A DNA stretch of 64,000 nt from an uncultured bacterium (lineage in GTDB: Bacteria > Verrucomicrobiota > Verrucomicrobiia > Limisphaerales > UBA8199), in the NCBI GenBank assembly GCA_963749495.1, contig CAVVMW010000006.1, forward strand, positions 384,001 through 448,000, written 5' to 3'. A program made the translations under genes and the position numbers. The notes below the pieces were generated by a model. The model was not told the origin of the DNA, made no database searches, and worked only from the letters and a program-made list of their open reading frames with translations. Numbering within the stretch: the stretch's first letter is position 1; every line of letters starts with the position of its first letter. Shown here in pieces: positions 21,032 to 31,176 of this stretch.

Positions 21032-21446
21032 ACCGGACCGGTTGCGTTTCAAGCCGCAACTGCAGCGGCTCTACGGCCTGGTGCGCCGCGCCGGCAAGCT
21101 CCAGATGATCCACTCCTGCGGCGACGTGGACGAGCTGTTCGACGACCTCATCGCCCTCGGCCTGAACTGTTTCAAGCCCTTCCAGCCAGAGGTCATGGAT
21201 ACCGGGGCGCTGCTGCGGAAGTACCGCGGCCGGCTCGCTTTTCATGGTGGCCTCTCGACGCAACTGACCTTGCCGCGCGGCACGGAAGAGGAAGTCCGGC
21301 AGGAATCCCGGCGCTTGCTCGCCCTGGGCGCCGAAGGCGGCTACATCTTCGCGCCGGCCCACGCCGTGGAGAGCGACGTGCCCGCGGCAAACATATTCGC
21401 CTTTATCGAGGAGGCGCAGGCGCAAAGGCAGGCGCCGCCAAATTAG
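21032..21446 (+). pseudogene. Duplicated 3' portion of the URO-D-family gene
   Basis: High but incomplete nucleotide identity to about 15864-16256; no 5' part. Confidence 0.88.
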
Positions 21447-21772
21447 GAGCGTCTCGGCCAGGAGGTCAGAATCATTGCGCGTGAGGCCGAACCCGGGTTT
21501 GCACACGACAGAATTCTTCAAACCCAGTGATTTGCAAGTATTTCGGGAGCCTTCGTATGTGAGGCCCATAGGTACACCGCTTGGTGCTCTCCCTGATGCC
21601 GGGCCTGGCGTTGGCACTCTGGCGTTCAGGCCGAAGGCCTGGTTCATACCAGCCCAGGGCAAGGCCCGCCGGAGCGCAGCGCAGGCGGGCCGCCGCCCTG
21701 GGTCCACCGCCCATTCTCTATTCTGTGGCAGGCCAAAGCGAAGGTTTCATACTGCACACTCATTAGGGCGAT

Positions 21773-23202
21773 CTAAGACTGGGCCTCGGTGGGTTTCAAA
21801 CGAACGCGCATTTTGATTTGTTCGACTACTTGCGGACCCGGCCGTTCATACATATATTCATTCCTTTCATTCAGCAGGACTCCCTGGAGCAAGCCTTGCT
21901 GGCGCCAATAGCCCACCAGGTTGGGCCTGGTGCCGATCAACGCCGCGATGGCGCGCGAATCCAAGAGCCCTCTGTCCTGCAACCGTTGGTGGCGGGTCTT
22001 GAAATGGTGGCAGCGGCACAAGCTTCCAACGAGTTTCGCCGAGAACGGGCGCTTGAGCGAAGAGCAACAGCCCCTCTGGTTAAGCTGCGCCGCCAGTTGT
22101 GCTTCGGTAAACTGATCCAGCAACTGGTCGATCTCGTGCAAGAGCCCCGGTTCGGTGAGGCGCGCTTGGCCACCCCTGAGGGGCAGTGGCAGGTTCAAGC
22201 ACCGGGTGGCGCCGCCCTTGAAACGGACTTGCACGCTCAGATCCTGGCCGCGCAGCAGGGTTACATCCTCCAGGAGCAATCGGGCCATGCGTTTGCGGTC
22301 CTTGTCGGTGGTGGTGGGTGACTGCCATAATTTGGGGAAGTCGCAGGCCAGGTTCAGCACTTGTGCCCGTTGCTCTTCGCTCAGCTTGTGCTGGTCAGTC
22401 TGGCGGTGCTTCTCGTATTCCTGTTGGGCCTGGGTCAAGGCGCGCAGTTTGTTGTTCCAATCCGCCTCCAAAGTGTTGGCCACCAGGCGGTTGTTGGGGT
22501 CCACGCGCATGTAGCGAAGCTGGGCCTGCTCCGCCTCATAACTGGCCCGCTGGACTTGTTGTTGGCGCAGACGATCCACGTCCTGCAGGCGGTTTTGGAG
22601 CTCCTGTTGCACGTTCAAAGCGACCTCCAGGGAAAGCGGCGCCACGCTTTCCAGAACCAGCTTGCTGAGCGCCTGGTCAATGGCAGGCCCAGGTATGTAC
22701 TGGCAGAGGGTTTTTCCGCTCTCAAGGCATTGGCGTTGGCAGAGGTAAGCGGGCACCGGCCGGCCCTGGCGCTGGTGGTAATTCACGGTCATGCGCCCCC
22801 CGCAACGGCCGCACAGGACCAGTCCTTGGAGCAGCGCGCAACCTTCTCGGGCGGGACTTTGCCTGCGGTCGGCTCCATAGGCCTGGGCATTGCTGCGGAT
22901 CCGTTGCACGTTTTGCTCGTACTGCTCCCAGGTAATGTAAGCCGGGTGGGCGTCTTTAATGAGCACTCGCCATTGGTCGGCCGGCAAGCGCCGGCGGCGG
23001 AAGCAGCGCTGTGGGCGGTGTCGCCGTCCACCACGATGATTTGGTCTTCACCCCAGCCCAGCGCCACGGCGCGTTGCCGCAGCGCATATTGACGGTGGGC
23101 GCTCTCGCCATGCTCGAGCACCCGCCGCAAAGTGGATTGGCGCACGTAAAGGTAAGCGGTTCGTTTCAGATGCTCGGGGGTGACTTTGGGTTCGGGGTTC
23201 AT
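21773..23202 (-). pseudogene. Large serine recombinase with an internal deletion and frame change near 22995
   Basis: N-terminal AYLYVRQST...RQYALRQRAVALGW joins directly to IKDAHPAYITWEQY, LLQGLVLCGRCG (Zn ribbon) and VDPNNRLVANTLE. Confidence 0.85.
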
Positions 23203-23478
23203 AAAGAAAGGCCCAGGCAACGCAGGGTCCTGTTGGCTAGAAGCACCGTGGCCTGGGGGGTGTTGTTGAGCGAGGGATTGGGGGTGGGGGCTGGCTGGGC
23301 CCGCTGGCCGGCAGGGCGCAGCGGATCCTGCCAGGCGCGCATCCAGCCACGCATACCCTGCTGGGCGAACACCACCCATGCCCAGGCTTGGGGGTGGAGC
23401 GTGGCCTGGGAGCCCAGGGTGTGCGCGCGCAAATCCTCGTAGCGTTGGGGCCATTGTGGCGAGGCCGAGGTCGGTCAT
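23199..23478 (-). CDS. Small accessory protein of the recombinase element (y4bB-like), likely frameshifted near its 5' end
   Basis: QRYEDLRAHTLG...QQGMRGWMRAW; overlaps both neighbours in ATGA/TGA fashion. Confidence 0.5.
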
Positions 23479-23978
23479 GGATTTTGGGGTGTTGAGGGCG
23501 GTGGGTTGTGTCGCCCCCTTTTTTCTTGGTGGCCAACCAAGGCGCGTTCAATGCTCCGGGGATGGATGGTGAGCCGGAAGCGTTGCTGGACCTGTCGGGC
23601 CCACTGCTCCGCCGAGATCGCCGGTTGCTGGGCGCGCCTGGCTTGGAGAAAGCCCAAAACCTCGGGGGTGAATTTATGAGCGGTTTTGGGTCCCGGCTTG
23701 CGAGGCACCAGACCCTCCAGGCCCTGGAGGGCGAAGAGGTGTTTGGTTTGGTAAACCGTGGGTCGCGACAGCCCGAAATCTCGGGCGGCGCGGCTCAAGG
23801 ACCAGCCTTCGGCGCGGAGGGCGCGCAGGGCCTCATATTTGACTTGAAGGAGGTCGCGGGCATCAAAGAAGCCGCCGGGGACAAAGAGGGGGTGGCGGAC
23901 TTTGTTGGGGTGGGGATGCAGGGTATGGCTGGTTTGGAGGGCTTGGTGCTTGGCGTCGTGGGATGGAGCCGTTGGCAT
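23475..23978 (-). CDS. Helix-turn-helix protein (y4bC-like)
   Basis: FFDARDLLQVKYE, AARDFGLSRPTVYQ, GLVPRKPGPK and IHPRSIERAL. Confidence 0.8.
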   Translation of the reverse strand: MPTAPSHDAKHQALQTSHTLHPHPNKVRHPLFVPGGFFDARDLLQVKYEALRALRAEGWSLSRAARDFGLSRPTVYQTKHLFALQGLEGLVPRKPGPKTAHKFTPEVLGFLQARRAQQPAISAEQWARQVQQRFRLTIHPRSIERALVGHQEKRGRHNPPPSTPQNP

Positions 23979-24133
23979 AAAGGATGGGGGTGGGCTTATG
24001 TAAACTAGTTTATGTGAGTATAGTGGCGTCTCCGGCTCCGTGTCAACCCTATTATTTGCCTTATTATAGGCGTAACAATGCACATCAACCGCCCACACCC
24101 CAAAATCATTACACATATTCTTCTTTACAGCAT

Positions 24134-24439
24134 TCACATATTCCCCTTTACATCGTTGCGGCTTAAGTCCGCCACCAGTTGCGCCAGCCCAAGCAGGTCT
24201 TCCACCCGTGCGCAAGCGCGCCCCTGCGAGAGGGTCACAAACGGGTCGGCCGGTCCCAGGCTGGTCCAGGCTTCAGGCAATGAAATCAACTGTCCGGCGT
24301 CATCATGGAACCAGACCCGACGATCTCCCCAGCCCTGTCCGCGGCGCAGTAGTCTATACCCCCGGCCACGGAGCGGGTGATAGGGGTGCGTGATGCGAAA
24401 GACCTGTGCCAGATCGTCGCAATCAGGCGTAGTTGACAA
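24134..24439 (-). CDS. DUF5372 / Y4bD-Y4pK family protein
   Basis: FRITHPYHPLRG, WGDRRVWF, SLPEAWT and DPFV...RVEDLLGL. Confidence 0.75.
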   Translation of the reverse strand: MSTTPDCDDLAQVFRITHPYHPLRGRGYRLLRRGQGWGDRRVWFHDDAGQLISLPEAWTSLGPADPFVTLSQGRACARVEDLLGLAQLVADLSRNDVKGNM

Positions 24440-24687
24440 GCTTGACCAAGGCCCTGCCTCCTAGGGATGAAGCGCGCCTTCAGCGCTCCGGTTGGCTTTT
24501 CGTGGCTTTTCCCAGGGCGTTGCCCTGGGCTGGTATGAACGACGCCTTTGGCGTCCAGAGCACGCGCCGCCGGTTCCGGCATGCACCCGAAGAATTCTGT
24601 CGTGCGCCCCGGGCGCGGTCTGCCTCGAACTTTTGGTTGCCGCCGCTGCGCGCTAAAAAGTAATCTAGGACAAACACGGGACCTTTT

Positions 24688-25395
24688 ATGTCGCCTTTTC
24701 TGGGTGAACTCATCGGAACGGCCCTCCTGCTCCTGCTGGGTGACGGAGTGGTAGCCAATGTGATCTTGAAAGACACAAAGGGAAGCAACGGCGGGTGGAT
24801 CGTCATCGCCTTTGGCTGGGCCATGGCGGTCTTCGTGGGCGTGCTCGTGGCCTCGGCAGCGAGCGGGGCGCACCTGAACCCGGCGGTGACGCTCGGGTTG
24901 GCCGCCGCCGGGAAGTTCGCCTGGAAGGGCGTGCCCTCGTATCTGCTGGCACAAATGCTCGGGGCCTGCCTGGGCGCGTGCCTGGTCTGGCTGCAATACA
25001 AATCGCACTTCGAGGTCACCGACAACCGGGACGCCAAGCTGGGAGTCTTCTGCACGGCGCCCCAGATTCGGGCGCCGCTTTGGAACTTCCTCTCCGAGGT
25101 CATCGGCACCTTCGTCCTGATGTTCGCGGTGCTGCGCATCTCCAGTCCGCAGGGGGGACTGGGTTCGCTGGACGCCCTCCCCGTGGCGCTGGTGGTCCTG
25201 GTCATCGGTTTGTCATTGGGCGGCACGACCGGTTACGCGATCAATCCCGCGCGCGATCTGGGGCCGCGCCTTGTACACGCCCTGCTGCCGATTCCCAATA
25301 AACGGGACAGCGACTGGGCCTATGCCTGGGTGCCTGTGGCCGGGCCGCTCATCGGGGCCCTGCTGGCGGCGGGCATTCACAGGTTGGTTTCCTGA
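24688..25395 (+). CDS. glpF: MIP-family aquaglyceroporin (GlpF-like)
   Basis: SGAHLNPAVT and GYAINPARD; the Asp after the second NPA indicates the glyceroporin type. Confidence 0.88.
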   Translation: MSPFLGELIGTALLLLLGDGVVANVILKDTKGSNGGWIVIAFGWAMAVFVGVLVASAASGAHLNPAVTLGLAAAGKFAWKGVPSYLLAQMLGACLGACLVWLQYKSHFEVTDNRDAKLGVFCTAPQIRAPLWNFLSEVIGTFVLMFAVLRISSPQGGLGSLDALPVALVVLVIGLSLGGTTGYAINPARDLGPRLVHALLPIPNKRDSDWAYAWVPVAGPLIGALLAAGIHRLVS

Positions 25396-25405
25396 GACTG
25401 GAACA

Positions 25406-25744
25406 ATGAAATTGCCCAATGCGCACCTTGCCGTCGTGGAGCAGGTGAAGATTGCCGGGTACCTTTTGAACGCGGCCCATCCCGATAACGGCGGCAAGGC
25501 GGATTTCTTCCTGGCGCTGGGTTTCCGAACGGGCGGTTGGCACAACCTGGCTACTGCCTTTCGCAAGCTGGCTGCGGAATGCCCTGTCACTAAAAAGATG
25601 GAATCTCCTCACGGATTAAAGTACATTGTGGACGGCAAGATCGAAACGCCCGCCGGCAAAAGCCCGGGGGTTCGGACGATCTGGGTCGTTGACCAGGGGT
25701 CGGAGACCCCGCGCCTGGTGACCGCATATCCATACAGAGACTGA
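25406..25744 (+). CDS. DUF6883-like protein
   Basis: MKLPNA, KIAGYLLNAAHP, GKADFF, TIW and PRLVTAYP. Confidence 0.75.
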   Translation: MKLPNAHLAVVEQVKIAGYLLNAAHPDNGGKADFFLALGFRTGGWHNLATAFRKLAAECPVTKKMESPHGLKYIVDGKIETPAGKSPGVRTIWVVDQGSETPRLVTAYPYRD

Positions 25745-25755
25745 GAACGAGCAAT

Positions 25756-25983
25756 ATGAAAGAGCACGAGCGGATAGTCCTCACGACCCCTGTCCCGGCG
25801 CAAGGGCTGGAAGCCGGCGACGTTGGCACCATCGTTCATGTCTATCGGGACGGCGAGGCCTGCGAGGTCGAATTCCTCACCTTGGATGGCCGGACGGCGG
25901 CCGTGGTGACACTGGAATCGGGCCAAGTTCGCCGCGTCGGCCGCCGCGAAATCACGCACGCCCGGGAGTTGACGGCTGCTTAG
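25756..25983 (+). CDS. DUF4926-like protein
   Basis: GLEAGDVGTIVHVY and EVEFLTLDGRTAAVVTL. Confidence 0.8.
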   Translation: MKEHERIVLTTPVPAQGLEAGDVGTIVHVYRDGEACEVEFLTLDGRTAAVVTLESGQVRRVGRREITHARELTAA

Positions 25984-26144
25984 TGGGCCGTTTCAGAAAT
26001 ACGCTAACGTATTCGGCGGGTCTTTTTCGCGCAGACTTCGTTGGTCGCTCGTCACGTATCACTGCGGATATGCTCCTCGCTCCCGCCTCGTCTGCACGAA
26101 AAATCCCTCGCCGCCTACGTCAGCGTATTTCTGAAACGGCCCAC
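25983..26144. mobile_element. 162-bp MITE with 23-bp TIR GTGGGCCGTTTCAGAAATACGCT and TTA target duplication
   Basis: tta-gtgggccgtttcagaaatacgct ... agcgtatttctgaaacggcccac-tta. Confidence 0.82.
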
Positions 26145-26189
26145 TTAGTTTGCCAGGCGGCTGTCCACCGATTGGTTTCCTGAGCCACG

Positions 26190-26985
26190 TTAAAACCGAT
26201 AGCCGAGTATCAGCTTCGCTATCACCTCATCGGTGCTGCGGGTCAGGCCGAAACCGACGCCGAGGTTGAACTCGACTTTGGGTGAAAGGTCCAGGTCAAT
26301 GGTGGGGAAGATCTGGTGCTGCTGTGCGGGCCAGGCATCGAAGCGGCCGACGGACCCCAGGCTGCTGTAGTATTCCACGCCCAAGGCTACCCGTTTTGTG
26401 ATTCCGTAACTGACCTTTGCGCTGGGGGCGAAGGCGAAGCCGGCGCTTCGAGTTCAAGCCGCGGAGCGACTTCTCGAACGCGGGATTCAACGCGGCGTAC
26501 CAACGGCCCCAGGTCTTGTCGAAGATCGGGCGCAGCTCCCAGGTCCAGGCGTCTTCGGAAAAAGACGGCCGCTGGTAGCCCAGCTCCGTCGAAAGGCTCA
26601 CGCCCACCGGCAAATGCCACTCCTCCGGGGCGCGCACGCGCGGCCGAATATGGTCGCCCACCCATTGCCAGCCCTGGCCCGGTTGGATGCTGCTGAACAC
26701 ATAGAAGCCGGTCTCAAACCAGGGCGTGAAGCCGTGTGTGACTTCCAAGGTCTCGTGAAAAGCATGGTTCGAGGGCAGCACGCCATTGATCTCATTGCGC
26801 TCGCCTTGAAACGCGTAATTGCTGTGCAACTCGACCATGGTTTGGCGCGCCGGCACTGTCTCCACCCCATACACCTGGATTTCGTAGTTGTCCTGGCCCA
26901 GGCCCGTGGATGAAAAAACCAGGCCCAGTGCCAAACCGGGGAGCAATCGAATGACCGCGCCTCGCCCCATGAGACCAGGAACCAT
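26190..26985 (-). CDS. Hypothetical outer-membrane beta-barrel-like protein, frameshift near 26447
   Basis: Signal peptide, QDNYEIQVYG and alternating-strand pattern; C-terminal KLILGYRF is in the second frame. Confidence 0.7.
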
Positions 26986-27033
26986 TACCGCGCACGTTCC
27001 GCCCGCCGCCGGCCAAGGTCAAGCGTTTTCCAG

Positions 27034-27115
27034 CAGGCAAAATCATGATGGGCGGAATCATGACGGAGAACCGCCTGCCTCTGCTCGTAATGATTTTGCC
27101 CGCAATGATTCTGCC
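27034..27115. repeat. Inverted repeat of GGCAAAATCAT-type units
   Basis: ggcaaaatcatgatgggcggaatcat...atgattttgcccgcaatgattctgcc. Confidence 0.75.
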
Positions 27116-27171
27116 TTGCCTGGGCGCAGTTCCTCTTGACGGTCTCTAGCTGCGCGGTATATCGGAGGGTC

Positions 27172-29220
27172 ATGAACCGGCCCCGAACCAGAATCTCCAT
27201 GGCGTTCAAAGGAACTGGAATTGTGCGGTGCCCGTGGATCTTCTTGGCTCTCACTGTGTGTTGCCTCGCGGCGGTCGCGCCGGCCCGGGCGGCTACCGCC
27301 ACGCCCGAGGAGATGCAACAGATGCGGCAATGGTTGGGCGGGCACTCGGGGGAAAAGGGCCGGCCCCCCTTCTCGTTTCTTCTCGACGGCAAGCCCTGGA
27401 GCGGACGGGGCGTGGAGACGGCCAAACCCGCCGGGCCGCAACGGGTCGAGCACGAGACGGTTTTTGAAGGCTCCAGCCCAGGGCTCCGGATTCGATCCGT
27501 GCTGGCCGAGTACCAGGACTTCCCGACCCTGGAATGGACAGTGTATCTCAAGAACACAGGCAGCAACGACACGCCCATCCTTTCGGACATCCAGGCGCTG
27601 GACACGACCTTTGAGCGCCAAGCCGAGGGCGAGTTGACCCTGCGCCACTGGGCGGGCAGCCAGGCGACGATTGACGATTATCGGCCGTTTCAGACCGGGC
27701 TGGGGGCCAAGGCGGAAAAGCGGTTTGCCTCGAGCGGCGGCCGCGGCAGCGACGGGGTATGGCCTTACTTCAACATGGACTGGGGCACGGGTGGCATTAT
27801 CGCCGCTGTCGGCTGGCCGGGCCAGTGGGCGGCGACGTTCGCGCGCGACGACAAGACCGGCCTGCGCATCCGCGCCGGGCAGGAGTTGACTCACTTCAGG
27901 CTCAAGCCCGGCGAAGAGGCGCGCACCCCGCTGATCGTCCTGCAGTTCTGGAAGGGCGGCAACTGGGTCCGGGCGCAGAATGTCTGGCGCCACTGGATGC
28001 GGGAGCACAACATCCCTCGCCTTAATGGCCAACTGCCCCCGCCCCTCTTCCCGGCCTCCAGCGCCAACCAACTCAGCGAGATGCAAAAGGCCACCGAGCA
28101 AAACCAGAAGCAGTTCATCGATGGCTACCTGGCGCGCGGCATTCACCTCGATTTCTGGTGGATGGACGCCGGCTGGTACACATTCCGTGAGGGCTGGTGG
28201 AATGTCGGCACCTGGGAGGTGGACCGCAACCGCTTCCCCAATGGCCTGCGCGCCGTCAGCGATCACGCCCACCAGAACGGGGTCAAGACGTTGCTCTGGT
28301 TCGAGCCGGAGCGCGTCACGCCCGGCACCTGGCTCTACGAACATCACCGGGAATGGCTGCTCGGCGCCGACGGACAGCAAAAGCTCCTGGACCTCGGCAA
28401 CCCTGCTGCGCGGCAGTGGGTCGTCGAGCACGTCGAAAAGGTCATGGCCGAGGAAGGCATCAACATCTATCGCCAGGATTTCAATTTCCCCCCGCTCGGT
28501 TATTGGCGGGCCAATGACGCGCCCGATCGCCAGGGCCTCACGGAAATCCGGCACGTTTGCGGGTATCTTGCCTTTTGGGACGAATTGCGGCGCCGGCATC
28601 CCGGCCTGCTGATCGACACGTGTGCCTCCGGCGGGCGCCGCAACGATCTCGAAACTCTCCGGCGCTCGGTGCCACTGCACAAAAGCGACATGGAATACCC
28701 CAATCTCACTGCCAAGCAGACCCAGCTCTATGGCCTGGCCTTCTGGGCGCCGTACTTCGGGGCGCCCATCTACCCCGCCGAGCGCGTGGACGTCTATGGC
28801 TTCCGCAGCGGCATCGCTCCCATGACCGGCGCCGGTTACGACACGCGCCGCGAAGACCTGGACTACCCCCTGTTGCGCCGCCTGGTTGGGCAGTGGCGAA
28901 AAGCGGCGCCGATCCTCCTCAACGGGGACTATTATCCTCTAACCTCCTGGAGCGCCGCCGGCGACGCCTGGATGGCCTGGCAGTTTGACTGGCCTGAAAA
29001 CAACCAGGGCGTCGTGCAGGCCTTCCGCCGCCCGGACAGCCCTTATGAGTCCGCTCGGTTCCGCCTCTGCGGCCTGGGCGCCGCCGCCCAATACGCAGTG
29101 ACGGACCCGGACCAGGAACGGACGTTCCAAATGACTGGCCGTGAATTGATGGAGACCGGCTTGCTCGTGACGCTCAAGAACCGTCCCGCAGCGGGGCTCC
29201 TCACGTATAGGCGGGATTAG
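27172..29220 (+). CDS. Alpha-galactosidase-like glycoside hydrolase (GH36-like)
   Basis: WWMDAGW, RFPNGL, LLWFEPERV, YRQDFN and IDTCASGGRRND. Confidence 0.85.
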   Translation: MNRPRTRISMAFKGTGIVRCPWIFLALTVCCLAAVAPARAATATPEEMQQMRQWLGGHSGEKGRPPFSFLLDGKPWSGRGVETAKPAGPQRVEHETVFEGSSPGLRIRSVLAEYQDFPTLEWTVYLKNTGSNDTPILSDIQALDTTFERQAEGELTLRHWAGSQATIDDYRPFQTGLGAKAEKRFASSGGRGSDGVWPYFNMDWGTGGIIAAVGWPGQWAATFARDDKTGLRIRAGQELTHFRLKPGEEARTPLIVLQFWKGGNWVRAQNVWRHWMREHNIPRLNGQLPPPLFPASSANQLSEMQKATEQNQKQFIDGYLARGIHLDFWWMDAGWYTFREGWWNVGTWEVDRNRFPNGLRAVSDHAHQNGVKTLLWFEPERVTPGTWLYEHHREWLLGADGQQKLLDLGNPAARQWVVEHVEKVMAEEGINIYRQDFNFPPLGYWRANDAPDRQGLTEIRHVCGYLAFWDELRRRHPGLLIDTCASGGRRNDLETLRRSVPLHKSDMEYPNLTAKQTQLYGLAFWAPYFGAPIYPAERVDVYGFRSGIAPMTGAGYDTRREDLDYPLLRRLVGQWRKAAPILLNGDYYPLTSWSAAGDAWMAWQFDWPENNQGVVQAFRRPDSPYESARFRLCGLGAAAQYAVTDPDQERTFQMTGRELMETGLLVTLKNRPAAGLLTYRRD

Positions 29221-29227
29221 TCCAATT

Positions 29228-29393
29228 AGTCCACAGTCCACAGTCCACAGTCCACAGTCCACAGTCAACGCTCCGGATGTCAGATTTCAGATTCTAGATC
29301 TCAAATTCCAGCGTCCACAATCCACAGTCGTAATGCCTCGGAGAAGCAGCGTGGGCTCTGGACTGTGGACTGTGGACTGTGGACTGTGGACTA
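29228..29393. repeat. Inverted heptamer arrays (AGTCCAC)n...(GTGGACT)n between convergent genes
   Basis: Read directly; the last unit overlaps the ispG stop codon. Confidence 0.95.
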
Positions 29394-31175
29394 AGGTTCC
29401 GTCCACTTGCCGTGCTCCTTGATGAGGTCCACCAGGCGGTCCACGGCCTGGGCCTCGGGCAGGTTGAATTTGATGGGCGTCTTGCCGACGTAGAGGTTGA
29501 CCTTGCCGGGGGCGCCGCCGACGTAGCCGAAATCGGCATCGGCCATCTCGCCGGGTCCGTTGACGATGCAGCCCATGATGGCGATTTTGACGCCCTTGAG
29601 ATGCTCGGTGCGCGCCTTGATGCGCGCGGTGATTGTCTGGAGGTGAAACAGGGTGCGGCCGCAGGAGGGACAGGCGACATAGTCGGTCTTGAAGGAGCGG
29701 CAGCCGACCGCCTGCAGGATATTGTAGGCCAACCGCAGGGATTGGCCGGGGCCGGGTTCGCACCGCACCAGGATGGCGTCGCCGATGCCATCGGCCAGCA
29801 ATGAGCCGACGACGACCGGGGCGCGCAGCAAAGCGAGCTTGGGTTCGAGCGGCGCCGGGCCGGGTGCGAGGGTGTCTTTGAGCAGGATCGGGTTGGCGCG
29901 GCCCATCTGGTTGAGCCTGGCGGCCAGCAGGCGGAACGCGGCGATGGCCGGCAGCGGCGTGCCGTCTCTGACCGTGACCAGCCGGCTATCGGTCGCCAGT
30001 TGGAAATCCTTGGTCGGATCAATCTCCTCTGCGGCCAGGTCCTCATAGACCGCCTCCGGCTTTACGTCCGCCTTCGGGCTGAGCTTGGGGGCGACCTGCT
30101 CCCAGACAGCGCGAGTGACCACGACGCGCACGGTCTGCTGGCCGCCGCATCTGACGCCGCCGGGCAACTCGATTTCCGGCGCGCGCCGGCGGGAATAGGA
30201 AAAGGGATCGAACGGCCAGGCGCGTGACGCCGCCTCCGCGCCAGGGACGCTGCCGGCGGCCGGAGCGGACCGGGTCAGCAACGGGATCTGCGCCAAAAGA
30301 TCGCGGCAGACCTCGATCTCGAGCGGGGAATCTTCCGTGAGCGAGACGCGAATCGTGTCGCCCAGGCCGTCGCACAGGAGCGAGCCAATGCCGATGGCGC
30401 TCTTGATGCGGCCGGCCTCGCCCTCGCCGGCCTCGGTCACGCCCAGGTGAATCGGGTAGTTCCAGTCCGGGCCCTCCTGTTCCAGGCGGGCCGCCAGCAA
30501 CCGGTAGCACTGGATCATCACCTTGGGGTTGCTGGACTTCATCGAGAACTTGAAATTATGGAAATCGTGCTTGCGGGCGATGCGAGCAAACTCCAGAGCG
30601 CTTTCGACCATCCCCAGGGGCGAGTCGCCGAAGCGGTTCATGATGCGATCGCTCAACGAGCCGTGATTGGTCCCGATGCGCACGGCGCGGCCCAAGTCGC
30701 GGCAGAGCCTGACCAGCGGCGTGAATTTCTCCTCGATGCGCGCCAACTCGGCCGCATACTGCGCGTCGGTGTACTCCTTGACGGCGAATTTCTTGGAATC
30801 CGCGTAATTGCCGGGGTTGATGCGCACCATCTCGACCCACCGGGCCGCCTCGAGGGCCGCCTCGGGTTTGAAGTGGATGTCGGCCACGATCGGGACGTTG
30901 CACCCGCGCGCGCGCAGTTGGGCGACGATGTTCCTGAGGTTGGCGGCGTCGTTGACCGTGGGCGCGGTGATGCGCACGATCTGGCAGCCCACCGCCGCCA
31001 ATTCGAGCGTCTGCCTCACACACTGCGCTGTGTCCATGGTGTCGCAAGTGAGCATGGACTGAACGGCCACGGGGCGGCCCCCGCCCAGGATGACGCCGCC
31101 GCGCGCCGGGTCGCCGACGACGACCTCACGGGTGGAACGGCGCCGGAACAAGAACGGGGAGTCGCAGAAGCGCAT
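29391..31175 (-). CDS. ispG: (E)-4-hydroxy-3-methylbut-2-enyl-diphosphate synthase, long form
   Basis: VAVQSM, VADIHF, RINPGN, RIGTNHGSLS, HLGVTEAG, ACPSCGRT and MGCIVNGPGE. Confidence 0.95.
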   Translation of the reverse strand: MRFCDSPFLFRRRSTREVVVGDPARGGVILGGGRPVAVQSMLTCDTMDTAQCVRQTLELAAVGCQIVRITAPTVNDAANLRNIVAQLRARGCNVPIVADIHFKPEAALEAARWVEMVRINPGNYADSKKFAVKEYTDAQYAAELARIEEKFTPLVRLCRDLGRAVRIGTNHGSLSDRIMNRFGDSPLGMVESALEFARIARKHDFHNFKFSMKSSNPKVMIQCYRLLAARLEQEGPDWNYPIHLGVTEAGEGEAGRIKSAIGIGSLLCDGLGDTIRVSLTEDSPLEIEVCRDLLAQIPLLTRSAPAAGSVPGAEAASRAWPFDPFSYSRRRAPEIELPGGVRCGGQQTVRVVVTRAVWEQVAPKLSPKADVKPEAVYEDLAAEEIDPTKDFQLATDSRLVTVRDGTPLPAIAAFRLLAARLNQMGRANPILLKDTLAPGPAPLEPKLALLRAPVVVGSLLADGIGDAILVRCEPGPGQSLRLAYNILQAVGCRSFKTDYVACPSCGRTLFHLQTITARIKARTEHLKGVKIAIMGCIVNGPGEMADADFGYVGGAPGKVNLYVGKTPIKFNLPEAQAVDRLVDLIKEHGKWTEP

Positions 31176-31176
31176 G

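Larger units (their letters stand above)
21741..24450 (-). mobile_element. Decayed four-gene large-serine-recombinase element (y4bD-y4bC-y4bB-y4bA-like order)
   Basis: DUF5372-like, HTH, small ORF and recombinase in one orientation, with an AT-rich spacer at 23990-24150. Flanked by two halves of a palindromic repeat. Boundaries are approximate. Confidence 0.75.

Noticed and set aside
15864..21426. Diversity-generating retroelement template/variable pair from the URO-D duplication
   Set aside because: The differences are not adenine-specific and no reverse transcriptase is present.
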